Made by a program: the position numbers and the translations under genes
Shown here: positions 9,507 through 18,413 of the stretch, one piece after another
How the letters are laid out: every line of letters begins with the position of its first letter
Numbering within the stretch: position 1 is the first letter of the stretch
Virus record (IMG/VR): IMGVR_UViG_3300014323_000033
Span: 1-62,724 of that record
Source of the DNA: a virus
Taxonomy: Duplodnaviria > Caudoviricetes
Length of the DNA: 62,724 nucleotides
Direction: 5' to 3' (one strand)
Notes under the pieces: model-generated
Told to the model about the DNA's origin: nothing
Seen by the model: only the letters and a program-made list of their open reading frames with translations
The model's database searches: none

Positions 9507-10099
9507 CGATTCCCCCGCCCCTTCCCACGCGGCCCGGCTACGAGCGCGTCACGCAGCGCGCCGCCGAGCTCTCGAGCGACCTCCGCTTCCGCTACCTGCT
9601 CGTGCGTCGCTGGGCCGAGCTCGGTCCCGCGCTGCCGGTGGTGCTGCTCAACCCGAGCAAGGCCGACGGCTCGCGCGACGACGCCACGGTGCGGATCCTC
9701 ATGCGGTACGCCTGGCGTTGGCAGCTCTCGGGGATCGAGCTCGCGAACCTGTACGCCATGCGCACCACGGACCCCCGCGGGCTGCGCGCCGGCGACCGCG
9801 TGGGCGTGCTCAACGACTTCCACCTCGAGCACCTCGTCGAGCGCGCGAAGCGCGGCCGCGGGTGGATCCTCGCCGGTTGGGGCGACCAGGGCGCCGAGCT
9901 CGAGGACTTCGGCGACCGCGTGCTCAAGCTCGTCCTGCTCGCCGTGAAGCACGGCGTCGAGCTCAAGGCGCTCGGCTTCACCAAGCGCGGGCGGCCGTGG
10001 CATCCACTGCGCAAGTCGTTGGACCTGCAGCCGCAGCCCTACATTTTCGAGCAGGAGATCGAGGGCTTCACCATGGACGTCCGGGGGCCGCGCAAATGA
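9503..10099 (+). CDS. DUF1643 family protein
   Basis: RY.L.RRW, LLNPSKAD...DDATV, NLYA.R.TDP, AGWG, G.P.HPL. Confidence 0.88.
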   Translation: MTIPPPLPTRPGYERVTQRAAELSSDLRFRYLLVRRWAELGPALPVVLLNPSKADGSRDDATVRILMRYAWRWQLSGIELANLYAMRTTDPRGLRAGDRVGVLNDFHLEHLVERAKRGRGWILAGWGDQGAELEDFGDRVLKLVLLAVKHGVELKALGFTKRGRPWHPLRKSLDLQPQPYIFEQEIEGFTMDVRGPRK

Positions 10100-10443
10100 C
10101 CGCGCCGGCGCCGCTGCAGCTTTTCCTTTTCCCGTGGGAGCTGGCGTCCATGCCGGACTACTCGCGCTCAATGCCTTCGGGCGTGACGCTCGGCAAGTTT
10201 TGGCGGCGCGGCCGGTACGCCGAAGCCCCGCCGACTTCGGTTCACCGGCACGAGCTCGTCGGCTGGACGGTGGGCTGCTACGCCTGGCTCGAGCCCGATC
10301 CCTCGCCGCGCGCGCGTGAAGGGGACGCCCTCGTGCGCGTGCTCTGGTTCGATGTGGTGCTGCGCCAGGGCCCGGAGCCGCCGGGCTACAGCGCGCCCGA
10401 TTGGTCGAACCAGGCGCAGTACGACGGGCGGGGGTTGATGTGA
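10096..10443 (+). CDS. Hypothetical protein
   Basis: ATGA coupling; PDYSRSMPSGVTLGKFWRR. Confidence 0.65.
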   Translation: MTAPAPLQLFLFPWELASMPDYSRSMPSGVTLGKFWRRGRYAEAPPTSVHRHELVGWTVGCYAWLEPDPSPRAREGDALVRVLWFDVVLRQGPEPPGYSAPDWSNQAQYDGRGLM

Positions 10444-10982
10444 GGCTCCCGCCCTACGAGCTCCTGCGGCGCTGCCGCAAGGGCATCATCTTTTCGGGCC
10501 CGCTGATCGCGCCGATCCTCGGCCGCTGGAAGACCGTCACCCGCCGGCTAGACCGCTCGTGGCTCACGCTCGAGGTCGGCGACCTGCTCTACCTACGTGA
10601 GTCGATCCGGCGCGGCGCGAACGAGATCGCGGCGGGCAAGCGGCCCGCCCGCTACATCGCGGACAACGTGTGGGTGCAGCGGCTCGAGGTCTGGCGTTGG
10701 CAGCGCGACGCGCTCCCCGCGATCCACCTGCCGCGCGAGCTCTCGCGCGCCGTGCTGCGCGTGACGGAGCGGCCGCGCCTCGAGCCGCTCTCAGCCCTCA
10801 CCGAGCTCGACGCCCGCGCCGAGGGCGTGCAGCCGATCGCCGACCTGAGCGACGAATTCGGCGAGGACGTGTACCGGCGTGGCTTCCGCGCCGTGTGGGA
10901 AAGCTTGCACACGAAACCCGGCGAGCGCTGGAACGACGACCCGCAGCCCGTCCGGATCCCTTTCGAGCTCGTCGAGGAGTGA
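10440..10982 (+). CDS. ASCH/PUA-like domain protein
   Basis: IIFSGP...IL...KTVTRR, GDLLYLRE, IHLPR..SR, DARAEG, W..LH...W..DP..V..F. Confidence 0.75.
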   Translation: MRLPPYELLRRCRKGIIFSGPLIAPILGRWKTVTRRLDRSWLTLEVGDLLYLRESIRRGANEIAAGKRPARYIADNVWVQRLEVWRWQRDALPAIHLPRELSRAVLRVTERPRLEPLSALTELDARAEGVQPIADLSDEFGEDVYRRGFRAVWESLHTKPGERWNDDPQPVRIPFELVEE

Positions 10983-10987
10983 CGTCC

Positions 10988-11239
10988 ATGGGAACGACCA
11001 GAGAGAAGCCGACCGAGCGCGGCAAGTGCACGAGCTGCGGCGCCGACATTTACTGGGTGGTGATGTACCCGAGCGGCAAACGGATGCCGCTCGACGTGAA
11101 GCCCGTCGCCGGCCTGATCAAGGTCGAGATCGGCGTGCCCGACACGGGCCACATGCGAGGCCAGGACGACGAGCTCCTGTACCTCTCACACTTCGCAACG
11201 TGCCCGAACGCGGCGCACCACCGAAAGGCGGGCAAGTGA
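10988..11239 (+). CDS. Small zinc-binding phage protein
   Basis: CTSCGADIYW..GKRMPLD...SHFATCP. Confidence 0.75.
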   Translation: MGTTREKPTERGKCTSCGADIYWVVMYPSGKRMPLDVKPVAGLIKVEIGVPDTGHMRGQDDELLYLSHFATCPNAAHHRKAGK

Positions 11240-11514
11240 GCGCGCCCGAGATCGAGCTGCCCACGCTCACGCTCAAGCCCACGCGCGAGCTCATCGAATT
11301 GCAGGGCGTGACCTTCCGAATCTGGGCGGGCAAGGACGCGCACGGCGTCGAGGTGCGCGCGCTCGTTTCGGCGCTCGTGGTCGAGAATCACGTCACGCTG
11401 CGCGGGCACGAGAACCTGATCGAGCAAGCGCGCCCGATGGCCCTCAAGGATTCCGAGCTCGCCCGGCTCTGCGCCGCCTGCACCCGGACCGGGCTTCGCC
11501 CCGACACCCTGTAG
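11236..11514 (+). CDS. Hypothetical protein
   Basis: GTGA coupling; last gene before an intergenic hairpin. Confidence 0.65.
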   Translation: MSAPEIELPTLTLKPTRELIELQGVTFRIWAGKDAHGVEVRALVSALVVENHVTLRGHENLIEQARPMALKDSELARLCAACTRTGLRPDTL

Positions 11515-11520
11515 GCGCGC

Positions 11521-11586
11521 CGCCCACCGGGGTCGTCGCCGGGGTTTTTGCCCCTTAGTTGCGCGGCCCCGGTGGGCGTCTACCTT
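11521..11586 (+). promoter_or_regulatory. Long inverted repeat overlapping a putative promoter for the lipoprotein gene
   Basis: Arms cgcccaccggggtcg / cggccccggtgggcg; TTGCGC-N16-TACCTT followed by AT-rich attaggtaacc. Confidence 0.5.
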
Positions 11587-11597
11587 ATTAGGTAACC

Positions 11598-12323
11598 ATG
11601 AGCAAGCTCATCGCCCCCGCCCTCCTCGCTGCCCTTTCCCTCCTCGCCTGCGCCTCGCCCACGCGCGCGCCGGCGCCGATCGACGTCGAGCCCCCGGCCG
11701 CCGTCGAGCCCGCGCCCGAGCCCGTGGTGCTGCCCACGGCGACCGTCGTGGACGAGCCGCCGCCGGCGCCGAAGCTCCCCGCGATCCGCGTGTGGGTCTC
11801 GCCGCACGTGCAGGAGCAGGAGGGCGTGCGCGCCGCGATTGCGGCTTGGCAGGAGACGACCGCCGGCGTGCGCGATTGGGTCTTCGTGGACGCCACGGCC
11901 GAGGAGCTCGTCGATTCGGAGATCGCGCACAAGGGCCTAGCCGACGTCTCGATCTGGGAGAGCGGCCGGTACCACGCCTGCGGCGCCGAGGAGACCACGC
12001 AGGTCCTCGGCTGCACCATGGTCACCGGCGGGCTCTGGCGGAACGAGAGCGGCGAGTCGATGGCCGCCTGGATGATCAACAGCACCGTCGACGACGAGGG
12101 CCATTCGCAGGAGGGGTACCAGCGCAACCCGAAGCTCGTGGCGATGCACGAGATCGGGCACCTGCTCGGCCTGCGCCACGAGGACGGCGGCATCATGGCG
12201 GCCACGAGCGACGCCGAGCTCGACGCCGATTGGGAGTGCCCGGACGCCGAAGCGGTCGACGCCCTCGAGCGCAAGCTCAAGATCACGGGCCTGCACGCCT
12301 GCGAGCGCCCGGCGGGCTTGTAG
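11598..12323 (+). CDS. Lipoprotein metzincin (matrixin-like) zinc metalloprotease
   Basis: Signal peptide with lipobox LLAC, Pro-rich linker, HEIGHLLGLRH zinc motif followed by GIM Met-turn. Confidence 0.85.
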   Translation: MSKLIAPALLAALSLLACASPTRAPAPIDVEPPAAVEPAPEPVVLPTATVVDEPPPAPKLPAIRVWVSPHVQEQEGVRAAIAAWQETTAGVRDWVFVDATAEELVDSEIAHKGLADVSIWESGRYHACGAEETTQVLGCTMVTGGLWRNESGESMAAWMINSTVDDEGHSQEGYQRNPKLVAMHEIGHLLGLRHEDGGIMAATSDAELDADWECPDAEAVDALERKLKITGLHACERPAGL

Positions 12324-12354
12324 GCTCCTCCCCGCGTGGGGCATCCTTCCGGGG

Positions 12355-13371
12355 ATGCGAACGCTACTTCTGACCGGAATCGGGGGGTTCATCGGCTCGC
12401 ACGTCCTCGAGGCCGTGCTGCGTGAGACCGATTGGAACGTGATCGGCGTGGCCTCGTGGCAGCACCGGGGGACGCCCGAGCGCGTGCTCGAGGTCTGCCG
12501 CGAGGTGGCGCCCGGCGACGCGCGCGCCCGGGTGACGATGCTCACTCACGACCTGAGCGTGCCGTTCGCGCCGCGCACCCGCGCGCGGATCCTCTCGGCC
12601 GCTCCCGACGTCGTCATCAACTGCGCCGCCGAGAGCCACGTCGACCGGAGCATCACGGACCCGGCCATGGTGATCGCCAACAACGTCGGCGTCGCCGTGA
12701 CCATGTTCGAGCTTGCCCGCGAGCTCAAGCTGCGCGCGTTCCTGCAGGTGAGCACGGACGAGGTCTACGGCGCGGCGCCGCCCGGCCGCGCTCACGCCGA
12801 ATGGGACGCGATCGTGCCGTCGAATCCCTACTCGGCGAGCAAGGCCGCGCAGGAGGCCGTCGCGATCTCGTACTGGCGCACCTACGGCGTCCCGCTCGTG
12901 CTCACGAACACGATGAACAACTTCGGCCCGCGCCAGGACCGCGAGAAGTACCCGGCCAAGATCGTCCGCTCGCTGCTCACCGGGGAGGAGCTCACGATCC
13001 ACGGGCGCGAGGGCTCGATCGGCTCGCGCTTCTACCTGCACGCGGCCTGCCACGCCGACGCGCTCCTCTGGCTCCTGCAGCACAAGCCCTTCCCCTCGAG
13101 CTACGCCGGCGGCGCCGAGCGGCCCGATCGGTGGAACGTGGTCGGGGACGCCGAGCTCGACAACCTCGCGTTCGCCGAGACGATCGCCGGCCTCATGGGG
13201 CGCCCGCTCCGGTACCGGCTCGTCGATTTCCACGAGACGCGGCCGGGCCACGACCGCCGCTACGCGCTCGACGGGCGGAAGCTCAAGGCCGCCGGGTGGC
13301 GCCCGCCGATGGACTTTGCGAGCTCGCTCTCGAGCTGGCTCGAATGGTCGCTCAGTCACCCCGAGTGGTGA
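12355..13371 (+). CDS. rmlB: dTDP-glucose 4,6-dehydratase-like NAD-dependent epimerase/dehydratase
   Basis: GIGGFIG, AAESHVDRSI, STDEVYG, PYSASKA, NNFGPRQ..EK..P, RPGHD.RY. Confidence 0.9.
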   Translation: MRTLLLTGIGGFIGSHVLEAVLRETDWNVIGVASWQHRGTPERVLEVCREVAPGDARARVTMLTHDLSVPFAPRTRARILSAAPDVVINCAAESHVDRSITDPAMVIANNVGVAVTMFELARELKLRAFLQVSTDEVYGAAPPGRAHAEWDAIVPSNPYSASKAAQEAVAISYWRTYGVPLVLTNTMNNFGPRQDREKYPAKIVRSLLTGEELTIHGREGSIGSRFYLHAACHADALLWLLQHKPFPSSYAGGAERPDRWNVVGDAELDNLAFAETIAGLMGRPLRYRLVDFHETRPGHDRRYALDGRKLKAAGWRPPMDFASSLSSWLEWSLSHPEW

Positions 13372-13825
13372 CGCGCGTCTTCTTGGGCAGCCGTTCCTCG
13401 AGCTCGCTCACGTCGCCGGCGACGGCATTGATCGACCGCTCGAGCCGCGCCTTAGCTTGAAAGCACTCGGCGGAATCGTCCTGCGCGTTCTTCGCTTTGA
13501 TCTCGGCGCGCTTGAGCCGCTGGCAAATGCCGTTCAGCGGTTCGTCCGGCGTGTCTTCCGGTGCGGGGCACTGCACGGCGACGGGCACGGAGGCCGGCCG
13601 CTTCCAGCTCGCCACGACGTCGAGGATCCCGTGCAGCACGGCCACGAGTGACACGAGCCCCGCGGCGACGGCGCCGATCTGTTTCGCGACCGTGGTGCGA
13701 TGCTCCCTGAGCATGGCCTTCTGCAGCCGGCGCAGGTCGCCGTCGTCCACGCGCACGGCGGGCGGCAGGCTCACCGGCTCGCCCGTCGACGCGGGCATGG
13801 TCGTCCGGTCAGACCTCGGGTCCAT
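13352..13825 (-). CDS. Membrane protein with one TM segment and coiled coil (possible spanin/lysis accessory)
   Basis: Hydrophobic IGAVAAGLVSLVAVL then Cys-containing coiled coil; last gene of the late operon. Confidence 0.55.
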   Translation of the reverse strand: MDPRSDRTTMPASTGEPVSLPPAVRVDDGDLRRLQKAMLREHRTTVAKQIGAVAAGLVSLVAVLHGILDVVASWKRPASVPVAVQCPAPEDTPDEPLNGICQRLKRAEIKAKNAQDDSAECFQAKARLERSINAVAGDVSELEERLPKKTRVTTRGD

Positions 13826-14222
13826 GCTGAAAGCTTCGGTGCAGGCCGACCAGCGTGTCAACGACGAGGCCGATGTCGAGGCTCTTGGAGAGCACGCGGA
13901 TCCCCTGCCCGTTCAGGATCAGGTCCGAATTCGCATGCCCGGTCCAGAGGACGCGCAGCGTGCGCGGCCACCGGCGGGCGACCTCGCCGAGCAGCGAAAG
14001 CCCGTCGCGGCCCGGCATGTCGAGGTCGGAGACGACGACGCTGATCGTGCGCGCCTCGAGCTGCAGCAGTGCCGCGCCGGCGTTCGCCACCTGCAGCGAC
14101 GGCACCTTGCGCCGCTCGAGCCATCGCACGAGCGCGCCCCCGAGCTCGACATAGTCCTCGACGACTAGGACGTGCGGCGCCCCGTCATCGGTCCCCGGCC
14201 CTTTGCTGTCGACGAGTTTCAT
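13809..14222 (-). CDS. Stand-alone response regulator receiver (CheY-like) protein
   Basis: VLVVED, VVVSDLDMPGRDGLSLL, LWTG, LSK: acidic pocket, phospho-Asp, Thr and Lys all present; no output domain. Confidence 0.88.
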   Translation of the reverse strand: MKLVDSKGPGTDDGAPHVLVVEDYVELGGALVRWLERRKVPSLQVANAGAALLQLEARTISVVVSDLDMPGRDGLSLLGEVARRWPRTLRVLWTGHANSDLILNGQGIRVLSKSLDIGLVVDTLVGLHRSFQHGPEV

Positions 14223-14625
14223 CTCCGTTGATTATGCCGGCCTGCTTGAGCTTTCGGGTGAGGCTCTCGCCAATATCGTAGGCGCTCGCGGCGAGCTCCT
14301 TCACCCCGCCGAGTTGCGTTCGAATCCCTGCGAGCTCGGTCCGAAGCGAGCTGTAGTCCTTGTCGATGAGCAGCCGGAGGCCCTTGATCCCCGCGTCGCA
14401 GGCGTCGACCTTGCCCTCGATCGAGACGACCATTTCCCGCAGCTCACCGTAACGAGTTGCCTCGATCTCCGTGTGCGCCCCGAGCTCGCCGCGCAGCATG
14501 CCGAGCTGCGTGGTGCAATCCTGGAATGCAGCGACGCAATCGGTGAGCGCCTTGAGGAGCTCGGGCGGCATGCGCGGGGTCTGGACCGCCGCGTCTTCCG
14601 GGTTCTCATCGCCCTCGCCGCTCAC
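14185..14625 (-). CDS. Coiled-coil hypothetical protein
   Basis: GTGA overlap with the endolysin stop; heptad pattern. Confidence 0.65.
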   Translation of the reverse strand: MSGEGDENPEDAAVQTPRMPPELLKALTDCVAAFQDCTTQLGMLRGELGAHTEIEATRYGELREMVVSIEGKVDACDAGIKGLRLLIDKDYSSLRTELAGIRTQLGGVKELAASAYDIGESLTRKLKQAGIINGDETRRQQRAGDR

Positions 14626-15524
14626 GCAGCGCCCCGGGCGTTCTGCTCGGCCATCGGCGCGTCGAGCAGCAGGAGATCGAACGTGTGGCTCATGGTCGCG
14701 AGCAGCCGCACGTCGGCGAGGGGCGCGGTTAGGCATGCGATCGACGAGAATGCACGCCCCGTACCCGGCTTCTGCGTGTCCCACCCGGGGTGAATCAGGA
14801 CCGAGTTGGCGACCATGCCGACGCCCGGCTGCACCTGCGGGCCCTTGGTGGCCTGCTCGGAGCGCTCGGCCTCGGCCTCCGTGATGACGCCGTCGTGGTC
14901 CGTGTCGCGCCAGCAGGGCAGGTCGCCCGAGCCTGCCCACGTCTTCACGTGGAAGATCGGTACCGGGTCGCTTTGCAACAACGTGGCGCGGTAGAGCCCT
15001 GGGCGAATGCTGCCCACGTTGCCCCCCGGGCTCTCCGAGCTCGTGAGCTGGTAGGCGTGGGTCGCGCCGCGGAAAATCTGCGGGTGGCCGTCACGCCCGA
15101 CGACAACGAACGTGTCGTCGTAACGCGGCGCGTGGACCGCACGGTGCGAGCGGCGCGCGTTCGGGTACGACCCGCGCAGAGCTACGATCGTGGGCTCCTC
15201 GCCGAGCTTGAGCTCGAGGCCGCCGGGGCATGCCCGGACGAAGTCCCACGGCGCGCGCGAGAGCGCGGGCCAGAGATCGCCGAGCGGCTGCCCCTCGAGG
15301 TAGCGCTGCGCGGCGAGCTTCGCCTGCGTGCGCGGCCCCACGATCCCGTCGGCGAGCAGGCCCATGGACCGCTGCAGGTCGGCGCAGAGCTCGACGAGCG
15401 GCACGGAGTACTCGACGCCCGGGAAGCCGAAGACCGCCGCGAGGTCGGGCAGGAGCGCGCGGGCCTCGACGCTCGCGTTGTTGAGGTCGATCGCGCGGGT
15501 GACCTGTTGCGCAGTGAGGCTCAC
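14622..15524 (-). CDS. Putative endolysin: peptidoglycan-binding domain plus His/Cys catalytic domain
   Basis: LQ..MGL.ADGIVGPRT PG-binding motif; LIHPG...SSIAC; position next to holin-like genes. Confidence 0.72.
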   Translation of the reverse strand: MSLTAQQVTRAIDLNNASVEARALLPDLAAVFGFPGVEYSVPLVELCADLQRSMGLLADGIVGPRTQAKLAAQRYLEGQPLGDLWPALSRAPWDFVRACPGGLELKLGEEPTIVALRGSYPNARRSHRAVHAPRYDDTFVVVGRDGHPQIFRGATHAYQLTSSESPGGNVGSIRPGLYRATLLQSDPVPIFHVKTWAGSGDLPCWRDTDHDGVITEAEAERSEQATKGPQVQPGVGMVANSVLIHPGWDTQKPGTGRAFSSIACLTAPLADVRLLATMSHTFDLLLLDAPMAEQNARGAA

Positions 15525-15527
15525 GGC

Positions 15528-15797
15528 TTACCCGCCTTGCAGGAGGTGCTCGAGGGCCTTGTCCGCGGCCTCGCTCGAGGCGACGGCGAGCAGCGCGCGC
15601 TTTGCGGTGTCGGCCGGCGCCGGGCTCTGGGCGATCTGCTCGACGAGCTTCTGCACGAGCGGCACCACCTCGGGCGGTACCGGCGCGCCGAGGCGCTTGA
15701 GGATTTCGACCGCGGGGGCGACGGCTTGGGGAGCGAGCGCGATGAGCGCCTGCTCGGCGGCTTGGACTACGGCGAGGGGGAGGGACATTGCACCCAC
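15528..15797 (-). CDS. Small hydrophobic hypothetical protein in the lysis region
   Basis: Ala/Leu-rich ORF coupled to its neighbours. Confidence 0.6.
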   Translation of the reverse strand: MGAMSLPLAVVQAAEQALIALAPQAVAPAVEILKRLGAPVPPEVVPLVQKLVEQIAQSPAPADTAKRALLAVASSEAADKALEHLLQGG

Positions 15798-16345
15798 TGC
15801 GCGACACGGGCGTCGCGCTCCTGCTTGAGGGCCGGCAGCGCGTCACACGTGGCGGGCGTCTTGCCCTTGCACGCGACGGCCGCCTTGGTGACGTACTCCC
15901 CCTGGATGGCCGCGAGGGCCTCCTGCGAGCATGGGTCGGGCGCCTTGGCGTCCTGGCAGGCGCGCAGCACCCCGAGCGCGAGGAGCATGAGCGCGAGCAG
16001 CGCCAGGGGCGGAACGCGCGGGTGCGGCGGGGGCACGCTCTGCTTTTTGACCTCGGCGAGGACCTTCTCGGGCACGCGGATCCCGCGCTCGGCCGCGTCC
16101 TGGGCCGCGAGGATCTTGGCCGCCTGCAGCTTCACGGGTAGGGCGCCCTTCACGATGAGCGCCACGCCCTGCACGATTTGCCACGGGTCGAGGCCGAAGC
16201 CACGGAGGAGCTTGAGCAGGCCGGCGACGCGCGGGCGAGCTTCGCACCAATGGTCGATCTGCGTGCGCTTGGCGAGCGCCGCCGAGAGGAACCCGGAGAG
16301 CAGCCACAAGGCGAGGGGCGTCACGTAAACGAGCGCGTGGGCCAT
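15767..16345 (-). CDS. Holin/spanin-like membrane protein
   Basis: N-terminal TM, further TM ending LGVLRAC, Cys-rich C-terminus; RBS GAGGAG upstream. Confidence 0.55.
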   Translation of the reverse strand: MAHALVYVTPLALWLLSGFLSAALAKRTQIDHWCEARPRVAGLLKLLRGFGLDPWQIVQGVALIVKGALPVKLQAAKILAAQDAAERGIRVPEKVLAEVKKQSVPPPHPRVPPLALLALMLLALGVLRACQDAKAPDPCSQEALAAIQGEYVTKAAVACKGKTPATCDALPALKQERDARVAQWVQCPSPSP

Positions 16346-16401
16346 GGCGGTCGATTCTCCTCGGCTGGACCCGGCCCGGCTAGTCCGGTATCCGTCCGGA
16401 G

Positions 16402-17727
16402 ATGCCCCGCTTCTCGATCCTCACGCCGCTCTACGCGAAAGCGAACCCCTTCGTGCTCGAGACCTACCGGACCCTACAGCGGCAGTCGGTGGCGGATTGG
16501 GAGTGGATCGTCCTGCTCAACAACGACGGGTGCCTGCCCGCCGAAGCTCTGCAAGACCCAAGGGTGAAGCCGGTCGGCCCCGTGCTCGTGCCCGAGAAGC
16601 AAGGGATCGGGTTCCTCAAGCATGCGGCCGCGAGCTACGCCGAGGGCGAGCACCTCGTCGAGCTTGACGCCGACGACCTGCTCGACGACGAATGCCTCGG
16701 GCACCTCGGGCGCGCGTTCGAGGGGGGCGCCGATTTCGTCTACAGCGACTTCGCCGAGTTTCATCACGAGACGTGGACGCCCGCCTGGTACGCCGCCGAC
16801 TTCGGCTGGCAGCAGTACGGCGTGATCCGCGACGGGCACCCGCTGATCGCGATGCGAGCACCGGAGGCCACGGCGCAGAACATGCGGTCCGTCATGTGGG
16901 CACCGAATCACGTGAGGGCCTGGCGCACGAGCGTGTACCGCGAGCTCGGCGGCCACGACCCGAAGCTCGCCGTCGCCGACGATCAGGACCTCATGCTGCG
17001 GCTCTACCTCGCGGGCCGCTCGATCGTGCACGTCCCGCGGTGCCTGTACTTCTACCGGGTGCACCCGCAAAACACGACGAAGAGCTCGAACGCGGAGATT
17101 CAGCGCGTCGAGGCCGGGGTCTACCAGCGGTACCGAATGCGGCTCGCCGAGACGTGGGCGCGCCGTGCGGGCCTGCGCTGCGTGGACCTCTGCGGCGGGA
17201 TCAACCCCTACCCGGGCTTCGACGTGCTCGACGCCGTGGGCCGCGACGATTGGGCGCAGCTCGGCACGCTCGAGGGAAACCTGCGCGGCGAGCAGCCGCT
17301 CAACCTGCGTTGCGATCTGAACGGGCCCTGGCCGCTGCCCGACAACTCCGTCGGCGTGCTGCGCGCGAGCGACGCCCTCGAGCACCTGCGGGATCCGGTG
17401 CACGTGATGAACGAGGCCTACCGCGTGCTCGCGCCCGGCGGCTGGCTCATGACGCACACGCCGTCGACGGACGGGCGCGGCGCCTTCTGCGACCCGACGC
17501 ACGTGTCGTTCTGGAACGAGCTCTCGTTCCGCTACTACACCGATCAGGCTTTCGCGCGCTTCGTGCCGCGCTTCGTGGGCCGCTTCCACGAGGCGCGCAA
17601 CGTCTCGACGTTCTTCCCGGACGACTGGCACCGGGATAACAAGCTCGCGTACGTGCAGGCCGACCTGATCGCGCTCAAGCCCGGCTACTGCCCGTTGGGC
17701 CCGGTTCGGTGGCCTTCCCGGTTGTGA
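16402..17727 (+). CDS. GT2 glycosyltransferase fused to a class I SAM-dependent methyltransferase
   Basis: FSILTP..WEWIV, ELDADD, ADDQDLMLR, LYFYRVH; then VDLCGG, DALEHL.DP..MNEAYRVL.PGG, DPTH. Confidence 0.9.
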   Translation: MPRFSILTPLYAKANPFVLETYRTLQRQSVADWEWIVLLNNDGCLPAEALQDPRVKPVGPVLVPEKQGIGFLKHAAASYAEGEHLVELDADDLLDDECLGHLGRAFEGGADFVYSDFAEFHHETWTPAWYAADFGWQQYGVIRDGHPLIAMRAPEATAQNMRSVMWAPNHVRAWRTSVYRELGGHDPKLAVADDQDLMLRLYLAGRSIVHVPRCLYFYRVHPQNTTKSSNAEIQRVEAGVYQRYRMRLAETWARRAGLRCVDLCGGINPYPGFDVLDAVGRDDWAQLGTLEGNLRGEQPLNLRCDLNGPWPLPDNSVGVLRASDALEHLRDPVHVMNEAYRVLAPGGWLMTHTPSTDGRGAFCDPTHVSFWNELSFRYYTDQAFARFVPRFVGRFHEARNVSTFFPDDWHRDNKLAYVQADLIALKPGYCPLGPVRWPSRL

Positions 17728-18403
17728 TCTGCAGCCGGAGCGTTCGCATGTCGGCCTCGACGCCGGCCGTGTCCTCGAGCCGGTACTCGTAGCGCCCGGC
17801 GTGGCGCGCTCGCACCCGCGTGTCGGCGAGCACGGCGACGCCGGCGGCCGTGGCGCGCTCGCAAAAGCAGGTGTCGTCGGTGGGGTACTCGTCGCCGATC
17901 GCGTAGGGCATCCAAGCGGGCCGCACCTCGAGCCCGTCCACCTTGAGGCGAGGGAGCTTGTTCATCTCGCACACGCGCAGGAAAACCGCCGCGCTGAACG
18001 CGACGAGGCCGAAGCCGACCGCGCGCACCGGCACAAGGTGCCCGCCTTCGTAGGCGATGAGCTTCTCGGGCAGGCCGCAGCCGACCACCTTCCCGCGCTT
18101 CTGCTTCGTCGAGTAAAGCGCGCCCACGACCGCGCGCCGTTCGATCGCGGCGTCTAGCATCCTGAGCGCCTCGGCCGCGTCGAAGATCATGTCGCTGTCG
18201 ACGCAAAGCATCGCCTCGCCGTTCACCCGCAGGGCGTGCGCCGCGCTGATGGCCCGGCCGCGATCCACGTTCGCGCAGCCGAGCACCGAGCAGTCGAAGA
18301 GCGTGTCGCCGCGCTCGTGCAGCGCGTGCCCGAGCAGGTCGATGCACCTTGAGTGCCCGGGGTCGAGGTAGTCACGGACCGGCCTGCAGAGAGCGACGCG
18401 CAT
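17675..18403 (-). CDS. GT-A fold glycosyltransferase-like protein
   Basis: VDRGR, CVDSDMIF (DxD), VGFG, DDTCFCERA..AG..VLAD......H.G. Confidence 0.8.
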   Translation of the reverse strand: MRVALCRPVRDYLDPGHSRCIDLLGHALHERGDTLFDCSVLGCANVDRGRAISAAHALRVNGEAMLCVDSDMIFDAAEALRMLDAAIERRAVVGALYSTKQKRGKVVGCGLPEKLIAYEGGHLVPVRAVGFGLVAFSAAVFLRVCEMNKLPRLKVDGLEVRPAWMPYAIGDEYPTDDTCFCERATAAGVAVLADTRVRARHAGRYEYRLEDTAGVEADMRTLRLQITTGKATEPGPTGSSRA

Positions 18404-18413
18404 GCGTCGCAGC

